Positions 36,717 to 49,845 of a DNA stretch of 64,000 bases are shown here, piece after piece. The stretch comes from Octopus bimaculoides. Lineage: Eukaryota. Under the pieces are notes generated by a model that searched no databases, had not been told where the DNA came from, and was given only the letters and a program-made list of their open reading frames with translations. The first letter of the stretch is position 1. Each line of letters opens with the position of its first letter. Both the position numbers and the translations under genes were made by a program. The stretch spans positions 24,489,352 through 24,553,351 of the forward strand of contig NC_069001.1 in NCBI RefSeq assembly GCF_001194135.2, given 5' to 3'.

Positions 36717-39337
36717 AGGCAACCATCTTTTCTGAAACATATCTTGAAACAGGGACTTCCTCTCCAGACGGATCTTACTCCGCAGATTGTTAGTTAAAAA
36801 AAAAACTAATCAGCCCGCGTCCAGAGATGAATGAATTCCTCTTCCACGCGTCGTTCATACTGTATCTTTCAGCATGGCCACTACGCAGTAGAAACTTACC
36901 TTACGTTCCCTGTTAAAGGAGGAAGGTGGTACAACTTTTGTAACCGACTCAGCCGACAGCCGTACTCTTTCTGTTTCCGACATCAGCCGTTCGACATAGG
37001 CAATCAGCCCCTTTATTTCCTCGCACTCCACAAATGCATGTTGAACAATTTCACTGTCCCGCATGCGGCCCTGCCAAGTAGGAGGGGCGCCAAACCCATG
37101 CTGTGACTGCCTCTCTCGAACTGGTAAAGCCCCTCGAGAGATCAACCAAGCGAGGGATTTCTGGAAATCATCCAGGTACCCCGGCCCGAAAGTCCTATCG
37201 AAAAGGCTAGCTATGAAAACTTCACCACCAAATGCCAGATCCAGAACGACCAGTTTGCCTTCTGGGTCAGCAAAAAATATACGTTTCTGCAGATCCAAGT
37301 TTTTCCCGAGCACAACTACGACCCCTCCCCATCCACCGGTTTGGCTAAGAGACATGACTTTCTCATAGCCATTCAGGAGGGACGAGAAGGACTGCAGCTT
37401 GTCCAACTTGGTCTCTGTAGCGACCATCACATCTATTCTATGTGACCTGAGGTCGTTGAGCAAACAAACCTGCTTCCACTTCGAACCCAGGCCACGTACA
37501 TTTAAACAGCCTATACTGAGTGTAGCCATCTCTCAAAAGAAAAAAGGACGGTAAAAATGCAGCTTACCTTCACAGAGGTATATGCCTAAGGGTGACCAAT
37601 TTAATCTCGCCACCCTCTTCCAGGCTTGGTTCAACCGGCGGATTGACTAGTTTTGGGAGTGACCCCAGCTCCACAATGTCTTTTGGGTGTAGCTTTTTCA
37701 TATCCATATATAGTGTCCTAGCGATTCTTCCGTAAGTAAGCGGTCCCTCTTCGACCTGACTTCGGAAGATCTTTGTTTGTTGGTGGGGCACAATCACACC
37801 CGCCAAGTAAGTGTTAGTGTTTCTAAACACTACTGTCACCATTTCTGGGCCTTTCTTTTCAAACAACATTACTGGCCTATACCAGCCCGCCTCTTTGATT
37901 TCCTTTATTTTTTTCCCCCGCTGTGGCCTTTCTGGCCGACTTTGGGAGTTTCTTTTCCCTTTTTGGGAGGGGTTTATCCTTCTCCGGAGTTAGTACTTTT
38001 GGTCTTTTCCGGGAGACCGTCTGGAACTCCTCCTGAGCTACTTCTTCATCACTACTGGTAATGGCCTCCATGGCCGGGACTATCACCTCTTCCACGCTAG
38101 GTATGCTTTTACTAGTAGTAGCCCTCTGGGTAATGGCCTCCTTGGCGGGGGATACCACCTCTTCCACTTTTTTACTGCTACTGGTGGTAGACTTCTTGGT
38201 AATGGCCTCCTTGGCCGAAGCTACCACCTTCTCATTATTGGTGTCAGTGTTTGTGGTCGACCCTTTGGTACTGGCCTCCTTGGCCGGGGCTGCCACTTTT
38301 GCCGCTTTTTCTTTCCCGCACTCGGACCTCTGGTGTCCTTTGCTTCCGTACCGGTAGCACCAAGGTTTCCTCCCTTCCACGTTAATGATTAGGGCTGACT
38401 CCTCCGCAATTACCAGTCTGTCTTGAAGCTCTTCTAAATCCGTAGGGGTTGCCTGTACCCGGATTTCCAGGGATTGTCCCTTCCAGTTCTGGGAGACACT
38501 TCTTTAAACCTGGATAACCTCCAGCTTTTCCTCTCTATTGAAAAGGAGCATAGCAATAACCTATGCTACCTCGATATCAGGTTGGATATTTGTTATTTTT
38601 ATCCGGGACGTTCTGCGTCCTAGATATAATGGCAACAATGCCATTTTTTCATTCTGCAAGGTCCGAGCAGAATATTCCTTCGCTTTTTCCACCGATTCGA
38701 ACCTTGCTTCAACCGTCGCATACTTACTACCGCGAGTCAAGAAGACCCGTGGCACTCTTCAATAGCTTCCTCCTCGAAGCGAGTAACCAACTTATTTTTC
38801 ATACAAAAGGTTTTATAAATAATGATCCTCTCCTTTTTAACGTTGGTAATTTCAGGTGGTGTGGAGAATTTACTTTCCCCGTTGCACTCTGTAATTTTCT
38901 CAAAAAGCATCTGTATATCTGCTTTTTTAAAATTTATAATTTCTTGCTGTTGACCAACAGCGGCGGCATAGTTCATCGTTACTGCTTCAGCAGTTGACGC
39001 CATAACGGCAGTCAAAATTATTCCTCTACCACGAGGTAATTAAATAAAGTTTACACAAAATCCTTCCGCCGTGGGGGAAGGCAACAAGGAATTAATCACA
39101 ATAACACTATCCAAGTCGTTAAACAACTTTCCAACAACAAGAAAATCCTGCAAGAGGCAAAATTAATATAACTCACTAGGAGCTCACAAAAACACGATCG
39201 TTCTCAACAACAGAGATTGCAACAATTCTACACTAACAAAGAGACGGAGAGGGGGTGTCATGTGGTCTTCTCAAAGCAGAAGTATGAGTCACTGAGAGAG
39301 GGGAAGGGGAGGCAGAATATTTCGTAAACACCGGGAC
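36717..39337 (-). mobile_element. Tx1/L1-like non-LTR element, internally deleted (ORF1 plus APE N-terminus fused to ORF2 C-terminus)
   Basis: ORF1 pieces 39015-37570 with degenerate CCHC (CYRYGSKGHQRSEC); ORF2 start MATLSIGCLNVRGL...ATETK...DPEGKLVVLD joined to FQKSLAW...RGALPVR...HAFVEC...KIRLER...FQKRW; no RT domain. Confidence 0.85.
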
Positions 39338-39495
39338 GGATTTCTTTTTTTTAAACAAAAGTAACTATTTTATCTAATTTTCCGATAATTTGGATACAAA
39401 ATCACAGGCCATACCTTGCATGCCTGGGAGTGCACAAATAAAGTAAAAAGTAAAAGAATCAAAAGGAAGAGTAAATATGGTTAGGCAGCTTTTTA

Positions 39496-39617
39496 ATGGC
39501 TGCAAATGTTTCGCTACATACAGATCCTCGTATATACAGGATTTAAAGTTAAGTTTAAATTAAATTATGTAACGATTTACCTGTATAAGAAGATCTATAT
39601 GTATCTCTTCAGGCGAT
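39496..39617 (-). ncRNA. Hammerhead-like motif, degenerate copy of the 62911 family
   Basis: AUCGC CUGAAGA GAUACAUAUAGAUC...GAUCUGUAUGUAGC GAAAC AUUU GCA GCCAU; cleavage triplet GUA mutated to GCA. Confidence 0.7.
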
Positions 39618-40011
39618 ACTCAGTTGCTGTCTCCGTAAGCAAAATTTAGATTTTCATGCTGCAACATCTATGGCTTCTTCTTTGAAACTAACAAACGCTG
39701 ACGGTTTCAATTCGCTCGGTATGATTGCCTTATCACGTTCGACATGAGCTGACATGTGCACGTTGCCTGCTTATTTATTAAGTTTCAAATGTTATTCTGC
39801 ACATTCCAAACTGTATCATTACGCGGATTACATTTTACTTTTTACTTTTACTCTTACCTTTTATTTTCACACGCGAGGAATACCTCAGACTAGAATTGGT
39901 AGCATACCATAAGAATACTACCGGCTATTTGGGAATTCTAAGGGTGAACGAGTTCTATTTGTACTCTTATACGTTCTTAACAGAGCACACCTCAACTGAC
40001 TATGTATAAAT

Positions 40012-40043
<32 letters not shown>

Positions 40044-40991
40044 GTGTGTGAGTGCATATACAAAAGAATAAATTCATACGTGTGCATATCGGTGTTCTTG
40101 TGTAAATATTTAAATAAGCATGTACATGTATGTATGTATGTATGCATGTATGCATGTATGTATGTGTATTAATCTCTGTTTTGGCATATTAATTTTCAAG
40201 AGTCAATTTTCGAAATATCAAACAAGAATTTGGAAACAAAAAATACACCTACACACTTGTGTGATTATCTATTTTTGTGTTTGTATACATATATATGATA
40301 TAAATATACATTTATATACATGTTTATCTCTGTGTGTGCGTGCGTGTATGCACGTGTGCATGTATGTAAAGAGAAAGGGGGAAACAGTACGACAGTGAGC
40401 GTGTTCTATGTTGTATGCTTGACGTCACGTATTGCATTCTTTTGCATTTACCTGTAATTGATATCCCATAATCCAGTTTGCATGAAACACGCATCAATAC
40501 CACCCGCATTCTCACACTTTTATAGAAAAAAAAAGCTCAAATAGAATACAAAACATCCAGTTATATTATTAATAATATTTTCTAGATTTTATATTTTTAG
40601 TAGAAATAATAGCTATTCTGAATATTTTTAAAAATCACGATTCTTTAATCTTAAATCAAAATGCGTATCCATATGTACATAGAATGCATGCATACTTATT
40701 CAGTAACAGTCTTACATTTTATGTGTGCGTGTATGAGCTTTTAAACATATGTATGTAAGCGTATATATATATANNNNNNNNNNNNNNNNNNNNNNNNNNN
40801 NNNNNNNNNNNNNNNNNNNNNNNNNNNNNNNNNNNNNNNNNNNNNNNNNNNNNNNNNNNNNNNNNNNNNNNNNNNNNNNNNNNNNNNNNNNNNNNNNNNN
40901 NNNNNNNNNNNNNNNNNNNNNNNNNNNNNNNNNNNNNNNNNNNNNNNNNNNNNNNNNNNNNNNNNNNNNNNNNNNNNNNNNNNNNNNNNNN

Positions 40992-41022
<31 letters not shown>

Positions 41023-41238
41023 GTGTGTCTGTGTATGTATGTACATTTTTTTCAAATGTACAAATAACATGGAAAAAATAAATATATAGTTACCAGGGTT
41101 GCAAAATATTCACATAAGTACCAAGGAAGTTACAGCCTATTTATAAAGGTAGAAATTCCAGGGTTTAGAGAAATGTTTTTGAATCACAGATGAATAAATA
41201 TATGGAGTAAAACACAAGTGTTATTCAAATCTTTATAC

Positions 41239-41324
41239 TTCCGACATATGTTTCGTAGAAAACATTGGTATTATTCCAGAGGGAATAAAATGATGTAAAA
41301 CAATGCAATCTCCTCATCAGGGAA
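41239..41324 (-). ncRNA. Type I hammerhead ribozyme-like motif
   Basis: UUCC CUGAUGA G...(long imperfect stem II)...C GAAAC AUAU GUC GGAA. Confidence 0.8.
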
Positions 41325-42224
41325 AAAAAGAGAAACAAAGCACATCAATTAACCATTTTAACCGAAGTGTCGGAAGTATAAAGGTTTGAATAACACCTGC
41401 ATTTAACTCTATTTCTTTATTCATCTTTTATAAACATAGCAAAATTCGACGAACTGTGGGGAAGCACTGCAAAGCAAAGATGCCCCATGTAGTAGTAGGA
41501 CGACACTCGACGACGCCGGTCGGCATACTGATACCCAAAGGTCGCATCAAGTGGCATCTATGAGCGGAAGTCTGAACTGCAACGGGCTTGTCTCAGAGAG
41601 AACATTTCCGGTTAGTTTTGGGTACTCCTTCGTTCTTTACTCCTGAAGACATCCCATATAAGATACAGCTTAAATTTTACAATTCATCTGTACGATATGA
41701 TGGGTTTTGTCAGTGCTGTTTTTACTTCTCTCTCACGTGTAGCGTCGAAGAACTTTACTGTTTTGACTTAGATGTAGTCACATGATGAGAAACTGTTGCG
41801 TAGATTTGTTTTTCTTCATTTCTAAATCATTGTAGTATTTTCTACGGTATATGTGGTATACTCCACTCACATTGTCGTTGATTATTTGATAACATTTTCT
41901 GACTTTCCTATGCAACTTGCTTTGGTTATTGGGCTATATCCGGAGAATTGTTGAAAGCGGATGAAACCATTTACGTGCAAAAAGTGTAGAAGGTATGATT
42001 TTATGAACTCTGAGCAGAAAACACCTTCTAATCTGGGATTTTATTTAATGGATTATTTTGTCACATGTCATGTCCATTATTGAGCTGAATTTTGCGTGTT
42101 CTGTCGCTTTATCGACATAAAAATTAAAGATTTCCAAATATCCAATGCTCTCAACTAATTACGTTTGGAAACCACGTTTGTTGGCATCTCAGTAATAGAA
42201 ACATTTACATTTGATGTTAGCTTT

Positions 42225-42610
42225 TATCTTTTACTTGTTTCAGTCATTAGACTGCGACCATACTGGGGCAACACCATGAAGATATTTTAGTCGAACGAAA
42301 CGAACCCAGGACTTTCATTAAAGCCTGGTACTTATTTTATTGCCTAGATTACGGGGACGTAAACACACCGATTGTCAAGCGGTGATGGGACACATACCCG
42401 CACGCACATGCACATACATACACTCACAAACACACACACGCACAAACACACACACGACTGGCTTCTTTCAGTTTCTGTCTACTAAATCTACTCACAAGGC
42501 TTTGGAAGGCCCAAATCTATACGAGTAGACCCTTGCCCAAGGTGCGACGCAGTGTAATTGAACTGAGAACCATGTGGTTAGGAAGCAAGCACCTTGCTAC
42601 ACAGCCATGC
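42225..42610 (-). mobile_element. SINE family A
   Basis: Reverse-complement family A head and tail. Confidence 0.75.
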
Positions 42611-42809
42611 AAGAATTTTAAAGTGCGTTGGTTCCATTTTCAGAATATCCAGCATAGAGAAGTCTCTTGTCTTTGACACTTGAGTTGGTAAAGAGAGTTG
42701 ATTCTATCTGGTTCTGGATTTGAATATAACTGATTATAAAGACAGAAAGCAACAAGTCCGAAGAGAAATCTGCTCGTTTGGCAGAAAAAAAACTACAGAA
42801 TAAAACTGT

Positions 42810-43260
42810 AGCGCGCGCAACACACACAAACACACACACAAACACGCACACACACACAAACACGCCCCCACACACAAACACGCATACTCATACAGATACA
42901 AACACACAAACTCACACAAAAAAAACAGACATACATACAAACATACAGACACGAATACAAATACATAAACAAACACACACACACGGAAACACACACTCAA
43001 ATACACAAACATACACACACAGAAAAACGCACACACAAGCACACAAACACACACATACACAAACACACACACAAACACGCAAACCCACACACACTAATAC
43101 GCAAACACCCACACAAACACAAACAAACACAAACACAGAAACACACACAAATACACAAACACACACACACACACAAGCATAAAAACATACACACTCATAC
43201 GAACACACAAACACACTCACACGCGTACACACATACATGTACACACCTATACACACACAA
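42810..43260. repeat. Degenerate CA/CAAA-rich simple repeat
   Basis: About 450 bp of ACAC/AAAC variants. Confidence 0.9.
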
Positions 43261-43379
43261 ACTTGCTTATAACTAATGGCATCTCAAAACTGGTTTTTCG
43301 AATTTTCCCGTTTCCGATCTTCAGATTGGATATGATGTTCATTATAAGTTGATTCGTTCTTCAGAAAATATGAATAAGA

Positions 43380-43800
43380 AGGCGGCTTGCTGGCAGAAAC
43401 GTTAGCACGCCGGGCGAAACGCTTAGCGGTATTTCGTCTGCCGTTACGTTCTGAGTTCAAATTCCGCTGGCGTTGACTTTGCCTTTCATCCTTTCGATGT
43501 CGATAAATTAAGGACCAGTTACGCACTGGGGTCGATGTAATTGACTTAATCCCTTTGTCTGTCCTTGTTCTATGCTTAGCCCCTTGTGGGCAATAAAGAA
43601 ATAAGAAACGTTAGCACGCCGAGGGAAACGCTTAGCGGTATTTCGTCTGCCGTTACTTTCTGAGTTCAAATTCCGCCGAGGTTGACTTTGCCTTTCATCC
43701 TTTCGAGGTTGATAAATTAAGTAGCAGTTGCGTACTGAGATCGGTCTAATCGATTGGCCCCTCTCCCAAAATTTCGGGCCTTGTGCCTAGAATAGAAAAA
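43380..43800 (+). mobile_element. SINE family B head-to-tail dimer
   Basis: GAAACGTTAGCACGCCG occurs twice, separated by the tail GGGCAATAAAGAAATAA. Confidence 0.85.
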
Positions 43801-44262
43801 AATATACAAATAAGTGGCTGGGAATTATGCCTTGGGGGCGGGGCAGATAACAGGTGAAAAAGAGGAGAAACGAGAGAAAAAAATTAATACAAAAATCAAT
43901 CGTACATTTTTCGTAATGAGCCATCATTGTGAATATGTATGCAAGCACGTGTGTTTGTGGGTGTTCTGTGTTTTTACGGACTGGTTGATCTTCGAAATTG
44001 CAACTAAAATAGTTATTCTTTTATTCTTTCCCTTGTGTCAGTAATTTGACTGCAGCCATGCTGGGGCACCGACTTGAAGGGTCTCAGTTGAACAAATCGA
44101 CTCCAGGATTTATTTTTTAAAACTAGTACTTATTCCATCGGTGACTTCCGCCGGACCGCTAATTTACGGGATGTAAACACTCCAACACCGGTTGTGAAGC
44201 GGTGATGGTGGACAAACACGGACGCAAGGAGACACATAGATATGTACATACAAACACACATA

Positions 44263-45340
44263 CAGAGTGTGATGGGTAAACAGTCACCTTTAATGTTTTT
44301 AATTTCCTGTGTGCGCGTTTTTTGTCGACTACATAGTATGGTAGGGCCTGTTGGGCACCGTCTGTGAGAAAAAACAGCACCATGACGCAATTAACTTTAC
44401 CAGAAATTTTAAAATGACATGCTGTACAATGTGAGGATAATGCAGAGGATTCAGAAAGAGTTGGATGAGTTTATTTATGATTACGACGATATGGCAGCTC
44501 AGAAAACTCACTGTGATCGTTCTGATAAGAAAAGAAATCCTGAATTTGTTGGTGAGATACAGGCCATGATTGCGCCAGGGACATGGGAGTGTCTGAGTTT
44601 CTTATCAGGCAGGTAGTGCATGAAGACATTCAGTATTCCTCATACAAGATGATAAAGGGCCAATTTTTACCCCAAGTCATCAAGGACAAAAGGAAAGCCC
44701 GCACTACGAAGCTTTTTAACAAACTCAAGCATTCCCTCCAAACGAACACGCTTTGGCTTTTCTCAAACGAGAAAAATTTCTGCCAGGACCAGATGGTGAG
44801 CACACAGAACAATCGTTGGCTTGCCGTGTCCCCAAAACATGTACCGAGAGTAACAAAAACCAAACATCCAGTCAACAGTGTGGTGTTTGGAGTGATCTTC
44901 CCACATGGCCTCAGACTCAACACAGAGTCCTACAGCAAGTGCCTGGAAGACCCTATGTCTGGCAACAGGACTCTGCAGACATGCCACAGAAACAGAATAA
45001 CTCAGTCATGGCTGTCAGACGATTTCTGCGACTACATCACTCCTAAACATCTGGCTACCTAACTCCCCAGATTGCAACCTCCTTAATTATTATGTGTGGA
45101 GCACAATTGAGTGAGAGACCAACAAAACTCCTTGTAACGCCAAAGATGAACTGAAGGCAAAGATTATGGCAGCATTCACCAACTTAAACAAGGAGACCAT
45201 CCAGAAGAGTTGTAGGAGACTCCGAGGTCGTCTGGAGACCGTGGTTGAAGCCAATGGCAAATTTATTGAATAAATTTACTCTTTAGTATTCGAAGATATT
45301 TTTATGTAATTTTGGTAAATATATCTGATAAAATGAGATG
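44263..45340 (+). mobile_element. Tc1/mariner DD37D (maT-like) transposon, internally deleted
   Basis: Starts TA|CAGAGTGTGATGGG; FSNEKNFCQDQMV..QNNRWLA...KTKHP...QQDSA...NSPDCNLLNYYVW...VVEANGKFIE*; catalytic spacing consistent with 37 aa. Confidence 0.88.
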
Positions 45341-46394
45341 TCACAGGTGCCAAGATGTATCGGCCATTGCCTTTCCCTTGGATAACACTGGTGGCGTGGA
45401 GAGGGGAGGCTGGTATGCATGGGCGACTGCTGGTCTTCCCTAAAAAAACTTGCCCGGACTTGTGCCTGGGAGGGTAACTTTCTAGGTGCAATTCCTTGGT
45501 CATTCATAACCGAAGGGGGTTTCAGCATCCAATACCAATGACAATTCATAAATAGATGCTATATATTATCCATATGATCTAACGCCACGCATCCTTTTCC
45601 AAGTAAGATTTATCTTAATAATTTCGATGCGCACTCTTATTCTATCTCTTTTCTGTCTATCTATCTCCCTTTCTTGTTCTTCTTCCTTTCTTTTTTCTCT
45701 TCCACCCTTTCCCTATTCTTCTCCTCTCCCCTTCACCGTTCCTTCTCTCACACACTCTTCCTCCTTGACTCTCTCGTTGCTCACACGTGACCAAAGGCCA
45801 TTCTCCCTTCTACTTACTTCCTAAATACAAGACGTGCTTTTATCTGTCTCGTCTCAAAGCTCGTTTTTCCAAGCGTTCACCACTTCACCTCGTCTTGCCT
45901 TAACAGCCCTCACCATTTGTTTTTACTGTTTTTGTGCTGTTTTTGTTACCACTTTCATTCTCCGCAAAAAATCCCAAATTTTATTTCATTTGTTTGCGGG
46001 AAGGACTGTTTTCACGAAGTCGCGTCTTGTCATTACCTTCGAAACACGGAGTAGATAAAACAGGGGACAACTGATGAAGGGAATGTTCTTTATGTTACAT
46101 GTCACACTTCTCCTTTTTTGTTTTGTTATTCGAAAAAAAGTTCGTCTTCTATGTTTTTATTTTTTTACGTTCTCGTTTCTCATTCTGTCCATGTTTTTTG
46201 ATGTCCNNNNNNNNNNNNNNNNNNNNNNNNNNNNNNNNNNNNNNNNNNNNNNNNNNNNNNNNNNNNNNNNNNNNNNNNNNNNNNNNNNNNNNNNNNNNNN
46301 NNNNNNNNNNNNNNNNNNNNNNNNNNNNNNNNNNNNNNNNNNNNNNNNNNNNNNNNNNNNNNNNNNNNNNNNNNNNNNNNNNNNNNNNNNNNNN

Positions 46395-46436
<42 letters not shown>

Positions 46437-47291
46437 GCATATACATATATATATATATACATATTTATATATATGTATATATGCATATATTCATATGTTA
46501 TTTATATTATTATATGATCGGACGCCACGCATACTTTTCCAAGTATATATATATATATATATTGTATATGTGTGTTTAAATTGTGAGTCCTAGACGAGCT
46601 TAAAAATTTGAAAATTTGTAAATCTGTATCATTTGAGTAAGCACGGAAGCTATTTATGCACGGAAGTCGTTTTTGTGCGTGTTAATTTGAGTTAATTAAT
46701 AATGGAGTTATTTGACAGTAATAGTTATACAAGTATTGGAATTAGGGTGGAAATAAAAGGTTTTATATCACTAGAAAGACGTTAGCTGCATGGAGAGAAG
46801 TAGTGAATTGGAAGGTTAAGGAATTCAAGAGGAATAGTCAAAAAAAAAAAAAGGGAAATAACTTGACAAAAGGGGTCAGAAGAAATTAAAGCGTTAGAAG
46901 TGAGGTTCGATAGTACCAAATTAATGGGGCGTCATAGTTAACTCTCAAGGCTGTTATCGTAAGAGCCGAATTAATTTAGCATCATTATTTGTAATTTTTC
47001 AACAAGGAATTGAAGAGCAGTTCATTAGCAGAGCTTAGACCGCTTTAATTTTCGAGACTAACGGCGATGTTCTCAGTTAATTTGGCAGCAAACATTAAAT
47101 CTGATGCTCCCGTGTCTACGAATGGGCGTTGAATCAAGTAAAGAATTTGGGATTCTTCGCATCTGGAAAATATTTTATACTGACATATATCTTTATAATT
47201 ATAATCAAAGAGGAATATATATAATATTATCAAGTTTGAAAACGGAGTGATATAATGGATGCAAATTAATTAACTTATTAATTAACATTTT

Positions 47292-47395
47292 CACCTACAA
47301 TTGTTTCATTTGTCAACCAAAATTAAAACTGCAAGACATGTATAAATACATAATCTTGCATTTCAAAATACCTTGGAAGGAAAATCATCAGGGCG
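47292..47395 (-). ncRNA. Type I hammerhead ribozyme-like motif with long stem II
   Basis: CGCC CUGAUGA ...UGCAAGA..AUGUA-UUUA-UACAU..UCUUGCA... GAAAC AAUU GUA GGUG; palindromic stem III ACAAUUGU. Confidence 0.75.
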
Positions 47396-47535
47396 TGCAA
47401 AAGTACAATACAGGGATTACACTAGGATCCGTTGGTATACTCCAATATGCTAAGAATATGTAATCATGTTTATTATGTGTGGATGTATATGTGTCTGTGC
47501 ACGCATGCGTTAAAATTATTACTTTTATTTTTAAT

Positions 47536-47595
<60 letters not shown>

Positions 47596-48415
47596 TACCA
47601 AAAACACATAATGAAAAGAAATATAACAAGTAACTGTAGAATATGTGGAGATCGACAAGAAACAATAAATCATATTATCTCTGGCTGCCCAGTCCTGGCT
47701 AAGAAGGAATATATTCACAGACACGACAGAGCTGGGACCTATATACACTGGAAGCTATGCCAACATTATGGAATAACAACAGAAAAAAGATGGTATAAAC
47801 ACACGCCAGAAAAGGTCACAGAAAACGAGAAAGCAACCATACTCTGGGATATGCCAATACACACAGATAGAGAAATTAAGGCAAATAGACCAGATNNNNN
47901 NNNNNNNNNNNNNNNNNNNNNNNNNNNNNNNNNNNNNNNNNNNNNNNNNNNNNNNNNNNNNNNNNNNNNNNNNNNNNNNNNNNNNNNNNNNNNNNNNNNN
48001 NNNNNNNNNNNNNNNNNNNNNNNNNNNNNNNNNNNNNNNNNNNNNNNNNNNNNNNNNNNNNNNNNNNNNNNNNNNNNNNNNNNNNNNNNNNNNNNNNNNN
48101 NNNNNNNNNNNNNNNNNNNNNNNNNNNNNNNNNNNNNNNNNNNNNNNNNNNNNNNNNNNNNNNNNNNNATTCCTATCATAGTAGGTGCCTTAGGTATAAT
48201 AAAAAAATATTCAGACAAATACATAACAAAAATAGCAGGACTTACAAATATATATAACATACAGAAAATTGCACTACTGGGTACTGCACACATTCTACGC
48301 AAAACACTTTCATTACAGTAAACATAAGAGCACCACAGCAAACCACAGCACATACCCAAGGCGCACAGAGCTGCGCTCGGTAGTGAAGTGAAAGCACGTT
48401 ATAAAAATAAAACTA

Positions 48416-48482
<67 letters not shown>
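47596..48482 (+). mobile_element. R4/Dong-like non-LTR 3' fragment (CCHC plus REL endonuclease) with (TAA)n tail
   Basis: CRICGDRQETINHIISGC...HRHD...HW...WY.H.PEKV.EN...ILWD..IHTD..IKANRPD...IPIIVGALG...QKIALLGTAHILRK; (TAA)n on both sides. Confidence 0.93.
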
Positions 48483-48992
48483 TAAAAGATAAATATAAAG
48501 CGAGACATGACAGAGTCGGCCAGTATTTACACTGGACAACATGTCGGCATTATAAAATCAAAACCGCTGACAGATGGTATAAATACCATCCTGAAGCTGT
48601 GACTGACGCAGAAAATGTGTCGATTCTCTGGGACTTCCCCGTACATACCGACAAAACTATCAAAGCTAGTAAACCGGATATTATTATAAAAGATCAGACA
48701 AAAAAGATGTGTTTATTAATTGACATGAGTATTTCTTGCGATCACAATATAGCGGCGAAAGAATTTAACAAGATCAGTAAATAGAAAGACTTGCTAATAG
48801 AAATTGAAAAAAATGTGGCATCCCAAGGCGACTACCATACCAGTGATTGTAGGATCTCTAGGAATGATAAAAAATTAAAAAGGGACTGAAACCTATTTGA
48901 AAATGATCCCAGGCTTACCATCCCTACAGGAAGTGCAAAAAATCGTGCTAACTGGAACGACTCATGTACTGAGAAGAGCATTATCGCTGTGA
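48483..48992 (+). mobile_element. Second, diverged R4/Dong-like 3' fragment
   Basis: RHDRVGQYLHW...WYKYHPEAV...ILWDFPVHTDKTIKASKPDII...LIDMS...K.ISK...IPVIVGSLG...QKIVLTGTTHVLRR*. Confidence 0.9.
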
Positions 48993-49230
48993 AGACAACA
49001 TCCATTCATGAATTTATTTATTATTTATTTTAAAATACATATTTTACCTGTGAATTTGCCTGTGTAAACTGGGAATGCATATAATGAACTTCTCTGCCCT
49101 AGGTGTACAGAAATGAGACGGCGGGAAATGGAAGAAAATTTGAAGAAAAAAGAAAAAAAAGCAAAATGATAATAATAATAACAATAATAATAATAACAAC
49201 AACAACTATAATAATAATAATAATAATAAC

Positions 49231-49291
<61 letters not shown>

Positions 49292-49779
49292 GTAATGGAG
49301 AATGAGTTATAGCATATAAATGTAAAATTACATAATGAATAAAATAAAATAAAAGTGAAATAAAGTTTATGCTTATGTTTGTATACGTGTGTGCGTATGT
49401 GCATTCGTNNNNNNNNNNNNNNNNNNNNNNNNNNNNNNNNNNNNNNNNNNNNNNNNNNNNNNNNNNNNNNNNNNNNNNNNNNNNNNNNNNNNNNNNNNNN
49501 NNNNNNNNNNNNNNNNNNNNNNNNNNNNNNNNNNNNNNNNNNNNNNNNNNNNNNNNNNNNNNNNNNNNNNNNNNNNNNNNNNNNNNNNNNNNNNNNNNNN
49601 NNNNNNNNNNNNNNNNNNNNNNNNNNNNNNNNNNNNNNNNNNNNNNNNNNNNNNNNNNNNNNNNNNNNNNNNNNNNNNNNNNNNNNNNNNNNNNNNNNNN
49701 NNNNNNNNNNNNNNNNNNNNNNNNNNNNNNNNNNNNNNNNNNNNNNNNNNNNNNNNNNNNNNNNNNNNNNNNNNNNNNN

Positions 49780-49844
<65 letters not shown>

Positions 49845-49845
<1 letters not shown>

